A stretch of 64,000 nt of DNA, taken from Candidatus Bathyarchaeota archaeon. GTDB lineage: Archaea > Thermoproteota > Bathyarchaeia > TCS64. The notes below the pieces were generated by a model that did not search any database, was not told the DNA's origin, and saw only the letters and a program-made list of their open reading frames with translations. Below, piece after piece: positions 29,797 through 39,288 of the stretch (positions are counted from its first letter, which is position 1; each line of letters opens with the position of its first letter). Position numbers and translations under genes: made by a program. The stretch covers positions 320,001 to 384,000 of the forward strand of contig CAVYLP010000004.1 in assembly GCA_963769425.1 (NCBI GenBank), written 5' to 3'.

Positions 29797-30205
29797 ATGG
29801 AGTTCGACACCAAGATAGTCGTGATCATCCGTGAGGACCTCGCCACTATGGCAGAAGCTCAACGTCACGGCCTTCACCGTAAGCGGCTTAGCGGGCACTG
29901 AGCAGATAGTCGGCGAGAACTACGTGGACGCCTCAGGGAACAAGTACCTCCCCATGAGCAGGCAGCCCATACTCGTCTTCGGAGCCACCCGCGAGCAGAT
30001 GAGGGAGGTCTACAACCGCGCCATGAAGAGGAACATGCGCTTTACAATCTACACCGAGGAGCTCTTCAAGACCTACAATGACGACGACAACCGGGCCGCC
30101 GTCGCGACGGTCAAGGCAGAGGATCTGAACCTCGTTGGGATGGCGATCAGGAGCACAAAGAGGCAGATAGACACAGTTGTAAAGGGGCTCAGACTACACC
30201 CATAG
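29797..30205 (+). CDS. DUF2000-family protein, single-base frameshift near 29845-29849
   Basis: MEFDTKIVVIIREDLA joins WQKLNVTAF...DDDNRAAV...LVGMAI. Confidence 0.75.
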
Positions 30206-30209
30206 AGGA

Positions 30210-30740
30210 GTGAATGTGTTGGAAGTCTACGAGGCTGTACAAAGGCGAAAGTCTGTGCGCGCATACGAGTCGACACCCATCCCGAAGGAGGTTATGGAAA
30301 GGGTCATGGAGGCCGCCCGGATCTCCCCCTCGGCTAGCAACCGCCAACCCTGGCACTTCATAATCGTCACCGACCCCGAGAAGAGGAAAGCACTCTCAAA
30401 AGGGCTCTACGCAAAGTTCGTCCACGAGGCACCCACAGTAATCGTGGCCTGCGGCGACGCGAAAGCGTCCCCCAACTGGTACGCCGTGGACACCGCGATA
30501 GCCATCCAGAGCATGGTCCTCGTCGCCACGGGGGAGGGACTCGGCACGTGCTGGATCGGTAGCTTCGACGAAACGGATGTCAAGAAACTCCTAGACATCC
30601 CCGACCACCTCAGGGTCGTCGCCCTGCTCCCCCTCGGTTACCCCCGCGACAAGATCGATCTAGTTAAGGTACTAAACCAGACCATGAGGAAGAGGAAGAC
30701 GCTAAACGAGATATTTAACCAAGAAAGATACAATGCGTAG
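30210..30740 (+). CDS. Nitroreductase-family protein
   Basis: RKSVRAY, SPSASNRQPW and GLGTCWIG motifs. Confidence 0.95.
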   Translation: MNVLEVYEAVQRRKSVRAYESTPIPKEVMERVMEAARISPSASNRQPWHFIIVTDPEKRKALSKGLYAKFVHEAPTVIVACGDAKASPNWYAVDTAIAIQSMVLVATGEGLGTCWIGSFDETDVKKLLDIPDHLRVVALLPLGYPRDKIDLVKVLNQTMRKRKTLNEIFNQERYNA

Positions 30741-31108
30741 TTATCAAATAGCTAAGCTCGACGAATGGAGCCTAGCGCTTCCTGCATAGACAAAACGGCC
30801 GATTCCTTATCTCTCCTCAAGCTCACGTACAAGTTCTTCCCTGTTTTTTCAACTCATCTAAGGATCATTTCCGTCCGCCAACTCTTGGGTTCCCAGAGCA
30901 GAGTATGCGCATCTCTTTTCTGCTCCTCGCGGGCTTTTTCTTATCCCTTACCATGAATTATTCTTAGTGCTTTATCTTGGGAATAAATTGAATATATCTC
31001 ACCTTTTTTTTGGATATGATTTTCAAGCTTCCGAATTAAGAACCAACATCTAGTTAGTCGCCCAATCTGATTCGGAAAAATTTATCTTTATCTAGTGTTG
31101 ACGCATGA

Positions 31109-31758
31109 TCAGCCGTGGCCGAGTACTCGCCTCAGGGCGGCGGGCAGCTCTTTCAGATCGATGTCTCCCCTGATGGTCTTGATCTCCCCCCTCTTCTCGT
31201 AGAAGTCGAGGAGGGGTCGTGTCTTCTCCCTGTATACCTCGAGCCTCCGTCCTTATGACCTCGGGCTTGTCGTCGTTCCTCTGAACGAGGGCTGTGGCGC
31301 AGACGTCGCATTTGCCACTCGATCTCGGCGGCTTGTTCTCTAGGTGGAAGATGGCCCCGCACTTTGGGCAGCTCCTCCTCTTGCTTAGCCTGTCGATGAT
31401 GACCTCGTCTTCTAGGTTGACGTGGAGTACGTGGTCGAGTCTTTTCCCTGTCTGCTTTGAGTACATTCTCCAGCGTGTCCGCTTGCCTCGGGCTCCGGGG
31501 ATAGCCGTCTAGAATGAAGCCGTTCGCTGTGTCGGGCTCCCTGAGCCTCTCCGCGACGAGGTCGTTCACAAGGTCGTCGGGAACCAACTCGCCCCGCTCC
31601 ATGTACCCTTTAGCGGTTACTCCAAGCGGCGTCGCCTTGGCAACAGCCGCCCTCAGCATATCCCCCGTTGTGATGACGGGCACGCCATACATCTCACCGA
31701 TGATTTTAGCACATGTCCCCTTGCCGGACCCAGGCGGACCGAGAAGCACGACCCTCAA
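31109..31758 (-). CDS. adk: Adenylate kinase (bacterial type, Zn-lid), with two single-base frameshifts
   Basis: LGPPGSGKGT, TGDMLR, LDGYPR, CPKC...CDVC lid, RNDD and RLEVY motifs; TTG start with GGAGG; frame breaks near 31457 and 31250. Confidence 0.9.
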
Positions 31759-31844
31759 AGAACAGCCTCCAAGAGCACGCAGATACCCGTCCAAGCGATT
31801 ATAACGTTTACGGGGCCCCAAACAAGAAAGAAATTATAATCTGA

Positions 31845-32132
31845 CTAAAAGCCTCTGGGATAGAGTTTTAGCATCGACTGTATGAATGGCCAGTGCTGGG
31901 GCGATAAATAGGATGGGTAACTATACATTCTGGTCATCTGTCCATTCGTATCCAGTCTCAGCTTCGCGGATGTCTTGCTCAAGAGTTCGATGTCTCTCTT
32001 GATGGGGTTGAGGTTTCTCCTCACCCTCGTGAAGAGCTTCTTCGTCTCGTTGTCCTCCGCACCCGTCTCCAGCCAAACCTTCAGTCGTCGCCTCTCAGCC
32101 TCCGTGAAAACATACTTTCTCAACGTAACCAT
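31845..32132 (-). CDS. Hypothetical helical protein
   Basis: ORF at the core/accessory junction; the N-terminal two-thirds looks protein-like. Confidence 0.5.
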   Translation of the reverse strand: MVTLRKYVFTEAERRRLKVWLETGAEDNETKKLFTRVRRNLNPIKRDIELLSKTSAKLRLDTNGQMTRMYSYPSYLSPQHWPFIQSMLKLYPRGF

Positions 32133-32666
32133 CCCGAGCTATCGCGGTGGCTAGGAATCGGATTCCATGTAGGGTGGTATAACACACTGGCTGGTTGGGC
32201 GCTTATGCCTCGCTGGTAGGGATAAGGAAAAATCATTATTTTTACACCTGTGGCAAGGAATTGCCTTTTTCCTCGGTTGCCCGATTTCTCCAGTAGTAGT
32301 AAGTCTTTGACTGTGATAGAACTGAGAGTGTCTTTAGACTCTGGGCTAAGCGGTTTGGGCCTTGTTTCGCCAGCCACTTCTGCATGGTCTCACGTTTGAT
32401 GAACGCCCTGTTTGTGCTGCCTAGTCGCTTGTAGTAGATCGCTTTTACATTCAGGAGGATGCGGCGAACCTCTGAAAAATCAAGTTTCTAACATGTTGGA
32501 CAATTCCTTTGGAAAAGTGTTTTGATGTATTGGAAGAGATTATTAAATAATATTTTTAATAACAATATAGGAGTAGTCCCACTTTACTTGCGAGCAAGAT
32601 TTCGATCACTCTCTGAGTAAATTTTGGAAAAAAGTTAAAAGATAGTTCAGGGCGTGCATCATTAGA

Positions 32667-33035
32667 ATGAACGGACTAGAATTCGACACGTCACAATCAG
32701 GCTTCAATGCTGTTCTGAAGGACTGGCAGCTCAAGGCTATGAAGGTTGTCTGGGCTTCTCCAGAGGGCGCTAATAGTAGGACGGTTTGGATTAAGGTGAA
32801 CCAAGCTCTTCACGGCGAGACCATCTCTAGAGCCAGCATCATCAACTTCCTCGAGGCGATGCGAGAGATGGGTGTGATCTCGGGTGAGGAGAAGACGGGT
32901 AAGGGTGGCCATCACTGGGTCTACTTCCCTAAGCTGGATGAGACCGGGTTCAAGAAGTATATTGTAGAGAAGATGTTAGAAATCCTGATGCGCGACTTCC
33001 CAGATGAGACTAGGCAGATTATTAAAAAACTTTAA
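32667..33035 (+). CDS. Winged-helix regulator (BlaI/Lrs14/TrmB-like)
   Basis: ISRASIINFLEAM...TGKGGHHWVY wing; paralog at 49908-50279. Confidence 0.85.
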   Translation: MNGLEFDTSQSGFNAVLKDWQLKAMKVVWASPEGANSRTVWIKVNQALHGETISRASIINFLEAMREMGVISGEEKTGKGGHHWVYFPKLDETGFKKYIVEKMLEILMRDFPDETRQIIKKL

Positions 33036-33157
33036 ACCTGAACGGCGCAGAAGCAGAGTACGCCGTGGTCGGATTATTAAGCTCGATCTGCGAGTAACAT
33101 ATCAGGCCTCGCCGAATCGGCAAGGACCCCGGGTCATCGTGAGGTATGGAACAGTCG

Positions 33158-33425
33158 TGGAACTATGGTTGTTGCTCTCGATCACAGTCGTAGTGATACT
33201 CGTCCCCTTCCTCAAGGGCAGGAAGGACAGAAAATTCGCTCGACGAAAGGCGGCGGCTATCATAGCGGCAGCCTGATCTTGTTCGTCCTCAGTGGCCTCT
33301 TTTTAGCAAACATCCTCCTCAATCTCGTCGAGAGCTTCCCATACCAATTAGGTGCAGCCCTGACCTTAATTACCTCCCCGACGCTTATGTTGTCAGGAAT
33401 CGTCACATACATCGCATCTCCATAA
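33158..33425 (+). pseudogene. Small membrane protein split across two frames
   Basis: The hydrophobic segment VELWLLLSITVVVILVPF in one frame is continued by GSLILFVLSGLFL in another. Confidence 0.35.
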
Positions 33426-33712
33426 AAAAAGAAGCCCGATGTTCACATCATCTCGACGATAAAACACAGTGTGAAGAGCCCGCCTTGAATGGTGAGAAAG
33501 GCCTATGTGTTTTTCATAATGAGGCTGGGAAAACATACGCCACTGACATCAGGAGCAGAGTTTTGATCCTTCTTAAAGTACAAAGTTTTGGAGTGAAGGA
33601 TTATAATTTTATAATAATTAGTTAAATATACTAAAAAAAGTAATTAGAAACCGATATATTCTATCATATTTCAGAAGTACATAGCCAGGATATTTAGTCA
33701 CAATATTCCAAG

Positions 33713-34123
33713 ATGGAGAGAATCGACTTGACTTGGGGAAATACTGACAATCTCAAAGATCTAGTTTGGTTATTATGCGACCTACAACCTCATAGTAAAA
33801 CCATTATTAGGCATGGATGGAGAACAGGTCTTCCCCAGGAAAAGGCTCCGATATGGGTTTTTTGCCCTCTTCTAAGATCAAACTTCCCAAGAGATCGAGA
33901 GTTAATCGAAAAATGTGAAAAGTGTTCTCATTGTAAAGGCCTAGGATTTCCCAATAGCGGAGTGGAAGATAACTCGAGAATGACATCGAATCTAAAAACG
34001 ATTAAAAAAGAAACGAGTACTTCTAAAAGAGTATTCAGTAAAGAAGAGCTGGAGAGAGCCGAGCACCTCAGCAAGATAGAAGATCAGGAATGGCTCGATG
34101 AGGAGAAGAAGCTGCAGGGATAA
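33713..34123 (+). CDS. Cys-rich hypothetical protein (possible Zn-binding)
   Basis: FCPLL...KCEKCSHCKG; charged C-terminal helix. Confidence 0.65.
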   Translation: MERIDLTWGNTDNLKDLVWLLCDLQPHSKTIIRHGWRTGLPQEKAPIWVFCPLLRSNFPRDRELIEKCEKCSHCKGLGFPNSGVEDNSRMTSNLKTIKKETSTSKRVFSKEELERAEHLSKIEDQEWLDEEKKLQG

Positions 34124-34209
34124 CTTTTTCATTGCAGCAACGTCAGTGGTTTAATGATTAGAATAATATAACGTAAATTTTCGATAGGCTACAGTCACAT
34201 TTTAATGGA

Positions 34210-34452
34210 TCAAGTTGTCGTAGACTGTTCGCATGGAATTTTCTTAGTAACTCGACTCCTTATTTTGGCGTCCCACTCCTCCATGACACCATAGTCAATC
34301 ATTGTCGTCATACCCGCAATTGCTGCTCTCAAACTGACACCAACCAAGGGTATTTCGGCCACCGTTATAATGAGGTCAGCGTGCAAGATCACTCCTTTTT
34401 CCAGGATCAAATCTAAGAGATCTACCAAAGCTCCTTCTCTTGTAGGCTCCAT
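34210..34452 (-). CDS. gvpM: Gas vesicle protein GvpM
   Basis: MEPT...ADLIITVAEIPLVGVSLRAAIAGMTTMIDYG..EEWD matches haloarchaeal GvpM. Confidence 0.9.
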   Translation of the reverse strand: MEPTREGALVDLLDLILEKGVILHADLIITVAEIPLVGVSLRAAIAGMTTMIDYGVMEEWDAKIRSRVTKKIPCEQSTTT

Positions 34453-34456
34453 GGTT

Positions 34457-36376
34457 TTAGGCCTCCTCCTCGAGTTCTAGCATTAATAGCGCCTCCCTGA
34501 GATGCTTAACCTCAGATTCAACTTTCCTGCCAGATTCTGTCTTAATCTTCCTAATTGAATTCTCAATTAGAGTCCGGTTTTTATTCGACTTACCGCTTGG
34601 AAATCTGAGTGCTGAGGAAGCTAGAAGACTCATACGTTCCACAGTATTCGCCTTTGACTTTGAGACTTCAACTATGTTAGTCAGTGCATCTGATGATTTT
34701 TTCATTTCCTTAATGTTTTCGTTTGTAATGGAGATCTCTAGTCTGCTCATAGCCTCCAAATAACCTATCTTCTCCTTCTCAGTGAGGGATTTTTCTACAT
34801 CCTCGAATAGCCTTTTAGCACCGAATAAAATAGCCTTGGCATTTTCCGCGGATTTAATATCTGCCACTACTTTAGAGTCTGCATCATCGAATTTTGTAGC
34901 CTCGATGATTTTTAAAGCAATTTCACTCTCTGTAATCTCTTTTGCACTTCTGACGGGGACATCATAACATAACCCGGTCGATAGTACCTCAGCGGAGACT
35001 TTGAGGATACCATCCGCGTCGACTTTAAAGGCGACTTCAACCTCCTGTCCAAACCTAGGTGCAGGTGGGATACCATCTATCTTCAGTAATCCCAAAGAGG
35101 TATTGCCACGTGCAACATCCCTCTCACCCTGTAGAACATGGATGATCATTGTTGATTGTTGGTCTTCTTCCGTAGAAAAATTCCGTCTCGCTAACGTCGG
35201 AATAGTTGTGTTTCTCTGGATCAACCTGGTAAATATTCCTCCAGCAGTCTCCACGCCAAGAGAGAGAGGTATAACATCCATTAGTAGCATATCCCTTATC
35301 TCGCCGCTCATGATGATACCCTGTGTTAGGGCTCCCATTGCCACAACGTTCATTGGGTCTATGCCCTCCTCCGCCTCTCTCCCGAAGATCTTGAGGATTT
35401 GTCTACGCACCACTGGCATCTTCGTAGGGCCTCCGACTAGCACCAGCTTGTCGATATCCTCGATAGATAGTGATGAGTCTTCGAGAGCTTGCATGATTGG
35501 CTGACGCAGTCTATTGGTCAACCCAGCAACTAGTAATTCGAGTCTACTACGGGTTAAGACCAATCTTGGTTTTAGTATCTTATCTCCAATAGACAGTATG
35601 GGGGTAACCGTGACTCTCTCAAGACTGGAGAGTTTTATCTTCATTTGTTCCGCTGCATCTCGGAGTGTGTTCAGGCTTTGGGGATCCGAGCTCAAATCTA
35701 TGGAACACTTTCTCTCTATTTCCTTGATGAGGTAGTTGAGGATGGCATCGTCCATATCCTTCCCTCCGAGAACAGTGTCTCCACAGGTTGATCGAACTTT
35801 GAAGATCCCCTGCCTCATCTCCAGTATTGTGATGTCGAAGGTTCCGGCTCCGAGATCGAGCACGGCGATGTCAAGATCTGCGTCTCTTTGGTTAAGGCCG
35901 TAAGCAAGTGCCGCTGCTGTGGGTTCGCTCACGATCCTTAGTACATTGAATCCGGCGAGCTCCCCCGCCTGTCTAGTCGCATTACGCTGACTATTATTGA
36001 AGTAGGCGGGCACCGTGATCACAGCCTGGTTAATTGTCTCCCCGATGAATCTCTCGGAGTCGAGCTTAATCTTCTTCAAGATGAACGAGGAAATTACCTG
36101 TGGCGTATACGATACACCGTCGACATTGAAGGTGTAATCAGAGCCCATTTGTCTCTTGACCCATCGGACGACCCTATCTGAATGAACATTAGAGTATTCT
36201 AGAGCCTTCTTACCCACGACTACTTCGCCGTCCTCTCTAAAGGCTACTGCAGATAGGAACATTTTACCATGAGCAGTCTCCCCATCCTCCGAGGGCACGA
36301 CCCTGATCTTTCCATCCTTTAAAATAGCGGCTGAAGAGTTGCTGGTCCCAAGATCGATACCCAACGTACGTTTCAA
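34457..36376 (-). CDS. dnaK: Hsp70/DnaK paralog inside the gvp operon
   Basis: GIDLGTSNS, TVPAYFN, EPTAAALAYG, DLGAGTFD, LVGGPTKMP, linker MLLMDVIPLSLGVET and substrate-binding-domain RNTTIPT...LQGER. Confidence 0.95.
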   Translation of the reverse strand: MKRTLGIDLGTSNSSAAILKDGKIRVVPSEDGETAHGKMFLSAVAFREDGEVVVGKKALEYSNVHSDRVVRWVKRQMGSDYTFNVDGVSYTPQVISSFILKKIKLDSERFIGETINQAVITVPAYFNNSQRNATRQAGELAGFNVLRIVSEPTAAALAYGLNQRDADLDIAVLDLGAGTFDITILEMRQGIFKVRSTCGDTVLGGKDMDDAILNYLIKEIERKCSIDLSSDPQSLNTLRDAAEQMKIKLSSLERVTVTPILSIGDKILKPRLVLTRSRLELLVAGLTNRLRQPIMQALEDSSLSIEDIDKLVLVGGPTKMPVVRRQILKIFGREAEEGIDPMNVVAMGALTQGIIMSGEIRDMLLMDVIPLSLGVETAGGIFTRLIQRNTTIPTLARRNFSTEEDQQSTMIIHVLQGERDVARGNTSLGLLKIDGIPPAPRFGQEVEVAFKVDADGILKVSAEVLSTGLCYDVPVRSAKEITESEIALKIIEATKFDDADSKVVADIKSAENAKAILFGAKRLFEDVEKSLTEKEKIGYLEAMSRLEISITNENIKEMKKSSDALTNIVEVSKSKANTVERMSLLASSALRFPSGKSNKNRTLIENSIRKIKTESGRKVESEVKHLREALLMLELEEEA

Positions 36377-36387
36377 GCAACTTCACC

Positions 36388-37374
36388 TTAAGATAGGACC
36401 CGACGACCTGCCAGGGAGACGATCAGCCTGTCTTCAACTAGCTGGTCATCGGTATTGCAGGGATAATTCTCGCAGTACTCGACTAAGAGATCTCTAGCGC
36501 TTTTTAGGGCCCTGAACTCGTGTTCAGTATCTGGGCTTGTGTTATCGTCTGGGTGACAAAGCCGAATCAATTTCTTGAAAACGATTTCAACGTCAGATAA
36601 TGAGAAAGGGTCATCTAAACCTAGGAGTTTCTTTGCCTTTGATACCTGCTCGAAACTAACTTTTTTTACACTGAGATTAACGAAATCGTAGGGAGGTAGT
36701 GGTGTAACACATCGGAATTTGAGCACCTCCTGGTAAGCATCTTCCAGTTCATCTATTTTTAAGAGGAAATCGGTTGAATCCCTGTCTTTCACTAGGAATG
36801 AGTTGTTGAAAATCATATCGCTATTTTCAATCTTTCTCTCTTTGCATCCAATCGCTAGGGCATTCAAGGAGTTAAGGATCCCTGGGATCAGCTTCCTCTC
36901 CTCTGACGTGAGAGACTCTTTTATTCTTCGACCTAGCTCAATTTTTAATGCTACGCTATTAGGTGCCTCTTTGAGTTTCTCGAAGGATAACTTCACGTTC
37001 TTCTCATTCATGACGTTGGATAGAACTTGATTATTCCAAGAAACCCTGATATCCACCTGAAATGTTCCCCTTAAACGTTCGATTGTTTCCTTGAAGGGGA
37101 TTAAACCCTGCTTCAAGATGTCTTTGATATCTTTTTCGTTTCTTGCGAATAGCCCAAAACCAACGGGCACCACCGAGCCCTCTTTCATAGCTCGTAAAAT
37201 GACTTTTTCATGTGTCAAAGCATCTACTGGCTTCATTTCTTCCGTGTCAGGAAATTGACTTGATAATATGCAGATTTCTTTAAATGAGATCGTTGAAACC
37301 TCGGCTCCACGAATTCCAATATTTCCTAAGCTGTGATTTCTAGGTTCACTCGCTACACAGTAGATGTAGTTCAT
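36388..37374 (-). CDS. GvpL/GvpF-family protein fused to a C-terminal J-domain
   Basis: YIYCV, HEKVI, VVPVGFG and PLPPYDFV, then AKKLLGL...VFKKLIRLCHPDD...FRALKSARDLL (J-domain with HPD). Confidence 0.88.
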   Translation of the reverse strand: MNYIYCVASEPRNHSLGNIGIRGAEVSTISFKEICILSSQFPDTEEMKPVDALTHEKVILRAMKEGSVVPVGFGLFARNEKDIKDILKQGLIPFKETIERLRGTFQVDIRVSWNNQVLSNVMNEKNVKLSFEKLKEAPNSVALKIELGRRIKESLTSEERKLIPGILNSLNALAIGCKERKIENSDMIFNNSFLVKDRDSTDFLLKIDELEDAYQEVLKFRCVTPLPPYDFVNLSVKKVSFEQVSKAKKLLGLDDPFSLSDVEIVFKKLIRLCHPDDNTSPDTEHEFRALKSARDLLVEYCENYPCNTDDQLVEDRLIVSLAGRRVLS

Positions 37375-38162
37375 TTACCGACCACCCTATCGCTACCAGA
37401 AAAGACAAAGGAGTAGGGTGGCCAAGGGCCAGTGAACTTTACGGTTAAACCATCTTTCTCGATGAAGGTTGAGAGCATTTTTCCGAGAGGCTTGACGTTC
37501 TCCGTATTAACGAGGCATGAAATTTTTAGTATCATTTGGGATTTTTCTTCGAGTGATGGAGTCTCCTGATGAACCTCATCGGAAAAAACCTTAATCTTCT
37601 GAAATTTCTCCTCGGCAATGGCTCGAGCTTCCACCTCCCTGAAGACTCTTGTTTTCTGCTCCAGTTTTTTTTGCAGGAGGTATGATGCACCCTTCGGTTT
37701 ATTCTCTAGAGCTTCCTTGAGAGCAGATACTTCGGGGTGTTTATTGACAAGTTCTCCGAGGACGCCATCATCTATGCTGATCTTAATGCTATACTCCGCT
37801 TTATTTTTGAACGTCTCTAGTAGACTAATCAGTCTGTCATGCTCCTCATTGAGCCAATTAATCACCTCTTCGTCTCCTCCCTTGAAGATTGTGTTAAACT
37901 TCAGGGGAACAACGGTCTCGTAACGATGCATCGCGAGGTCAACGATATTTTGGTGGGACATCACCCACTCTCTCGCAATTTTATCATCAGTGGTATCATA
38001 TGGTTCGGAGCTGCATTGGTGAACGATTCCGCTGATACCGTTGGTCGAGACGGAGTGAACTTGTTGTCCGTTTATTCCAGGGAAACTCAGATCTCTCTCT
38101 TTCGGAATATGATTTGTGACACAGTAGAGATATGTTCCAAGTCCACTGGTCCCATTACCCAA
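37371..38162 (-). CDS. gvpL: Gas vesicle protein GvpL (GvpL/F family)
   Basis: YLYCV, WVMSHQNIVD, VPLKFNTIF, GASYLLQKKLE and FTGPWPPYSF; follows gvpK. Confidence 0.88.
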   Translation of the reverse strand: MGNGTSGLGTYLYCVTNHIPKERDLSFPGINGQQVHSVSTNGISGIVHQCSSEPYDTTDDKIAREWVMSHQNIVDLAMHRYETVVPLKFNTIFKGGDEEVINWLNEEHDRLISLLETFKNKAEYSIKISIDDGVLGELVNKHPEVSALKEALENKPKGASYLLQKKLEQKTRVFREVEARAIAEEKFQKIKVFSDEVHQETPSLEEKSQMILKISCLVNTENVKPLGKMLSTFIEKDGLTVKFTGPWPPYSFVFSGSDRVVGK

Positions 38163-38481
38163 TTTTCCTTACCTCCCTCGAGGATTGAGGATTCACTAAG
38201 TCAATACTGTCTTCAACCAGCTTATTCAGTTCACCGCGGACATTCCTAACGACATCTGTAAGATTATTCTCAATTTTTATCAAATCTATTGCTTTATCTA
38301 ACTCAATTAGACTCAATCCAAGTCTATCTATCTCATCATCAGTTAGCTGTAAACTATCCATTCTCCTTACTGCCTCTTTCTCAAGTACATCTTTTATTAT
38401 CTCTACTAATGCGACAACCAATCCCAGTAGACCGGATTTAAGATTGTCCTCGTCTATTTTAATCATAGTTTTAAGCTCCAC
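38155..38481 (-). CDS. gvpK: Gas vesicle protein GvpK
   Basis: GLLGLVVALVEII.DVLEKEAVRRM...LTDDEIDRLG. Confidence 0.93.
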   Translation of the reverse strand: MELKTMIKIDEDNLKSGLLGLVVALVEIIKDVLEKEAVRRMDSLQLTDDEIDRLGLSLIELDKAIDLIKIENNLTDVVRNVRGELNKLVEDSIDLVNPQSSREVRKIG

Positions 38482-38500
38482 TGTTGATTAAGATTATTTC

Positions 38501-38848
38501 TTACTTCCAAATTTCTTGTTCTTTCCAGCCACACATACATTCATTTTTCTTTAGTGCGTTTTCGAAAATCTTTCCACAGTTGGGGCAAGCCTCTTTAGCT
38601 GCCAAAGCCTTCCAGGCTGGCGCGTTTAGGTTCGTCCCCGAAGGAAATTCGAGGCCGAATTTCGCCGCCGTCTCGAATGAAGCAAGTGCCGCCCTTATCT
38701 TAACTCCTAGAAGCTCCACACCAACGACACTTACCATAATGTCCGCGTTAATTACCAGACCTTTATCGAGGATCATACCGATAGCATCTGCAAGACCCGT
38801 TGGTCCTTCTTTTTCAGGGCTCAGGATTAGTTCATTTGTGTTCATCAA
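38501..38848 (-). CDS. gvpJ: Gas vesicle protein GvpJ with a C-terminal Cys cluster
   Basis: ILDKGLVINADIMVSV..VELLGVKIRAALASFETAAKFGLEFPSG; CPNC...CMC tail. Confidence 0.92.
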   Translation of the reverse strand: MMNTNELILSPEKEGPTGLADAIGMILDKGLVINADIMVSVVGVELLGVKIRAALASFETAAKFGLEFPSGTNLNAPAWKALAAKEACPNCGKIFENALKKNECMCGWKEQEIWK

Positions 38849-38961
38849 TCTCCCTCATCTTATTAACATTAGATTTCTATCTACTCTATCCAAGTCTATA
38901 TCATACTTAAGTAATGCTAAATATTTTGATACGAATTCTGTTTCGAAATTCGAAATATTAA

Positions 38962-39276
38962 CTAATTTACTTTAACGTCGTTATGTATATCGTTAAGAAG
39001 ATTAATTCTTAAAGAGTTTAAATTGTTAAGTTCTTCAATATCTCTTAATTTAAGGTTTAATTCTTTATTTTTTCTTACGTACTCTTCCCTTGTTATTTCT
39101 CCGAGCTCATAAAAGAGGCTATTTTCCTTCAAATTATCAAGTACCCATTTTTTTACTTCCTTTTGATAGGCCTCTTCTGCGTTACTCGAAATGGTTTCCA
39201 TCAACCATATCATGTCAAATGGGGGAAGCGAGAGACCTACAGAGCGTAGCAGAATATCATCTATAAAAAAAACCAT
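38962..39276 (-). CDS. gvpG: Gas vesicle protein GvpG
   Basis: FFIDDIL...LKENSLFYELGEITREEY...L pattern; follows gvpF. Confidence 0.88.
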   Translation of the reverse strand: MVFFIDDILLRSVGLSLPPFDMIWLMETISSNAEEAYQKEVKKWVLDNLKENSLFYELGEITREEYVRKNKELNLKLRDIEELNNLNSLRINLLNDIHNDVKVN

Positions 39277-39288
39277 TCACATCAAGAC

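Noticed and set aside
38484-38975. 163-aa plus-strand ORF within the gvp cluster
   Set aside because: Antisense shadow of gvpJ
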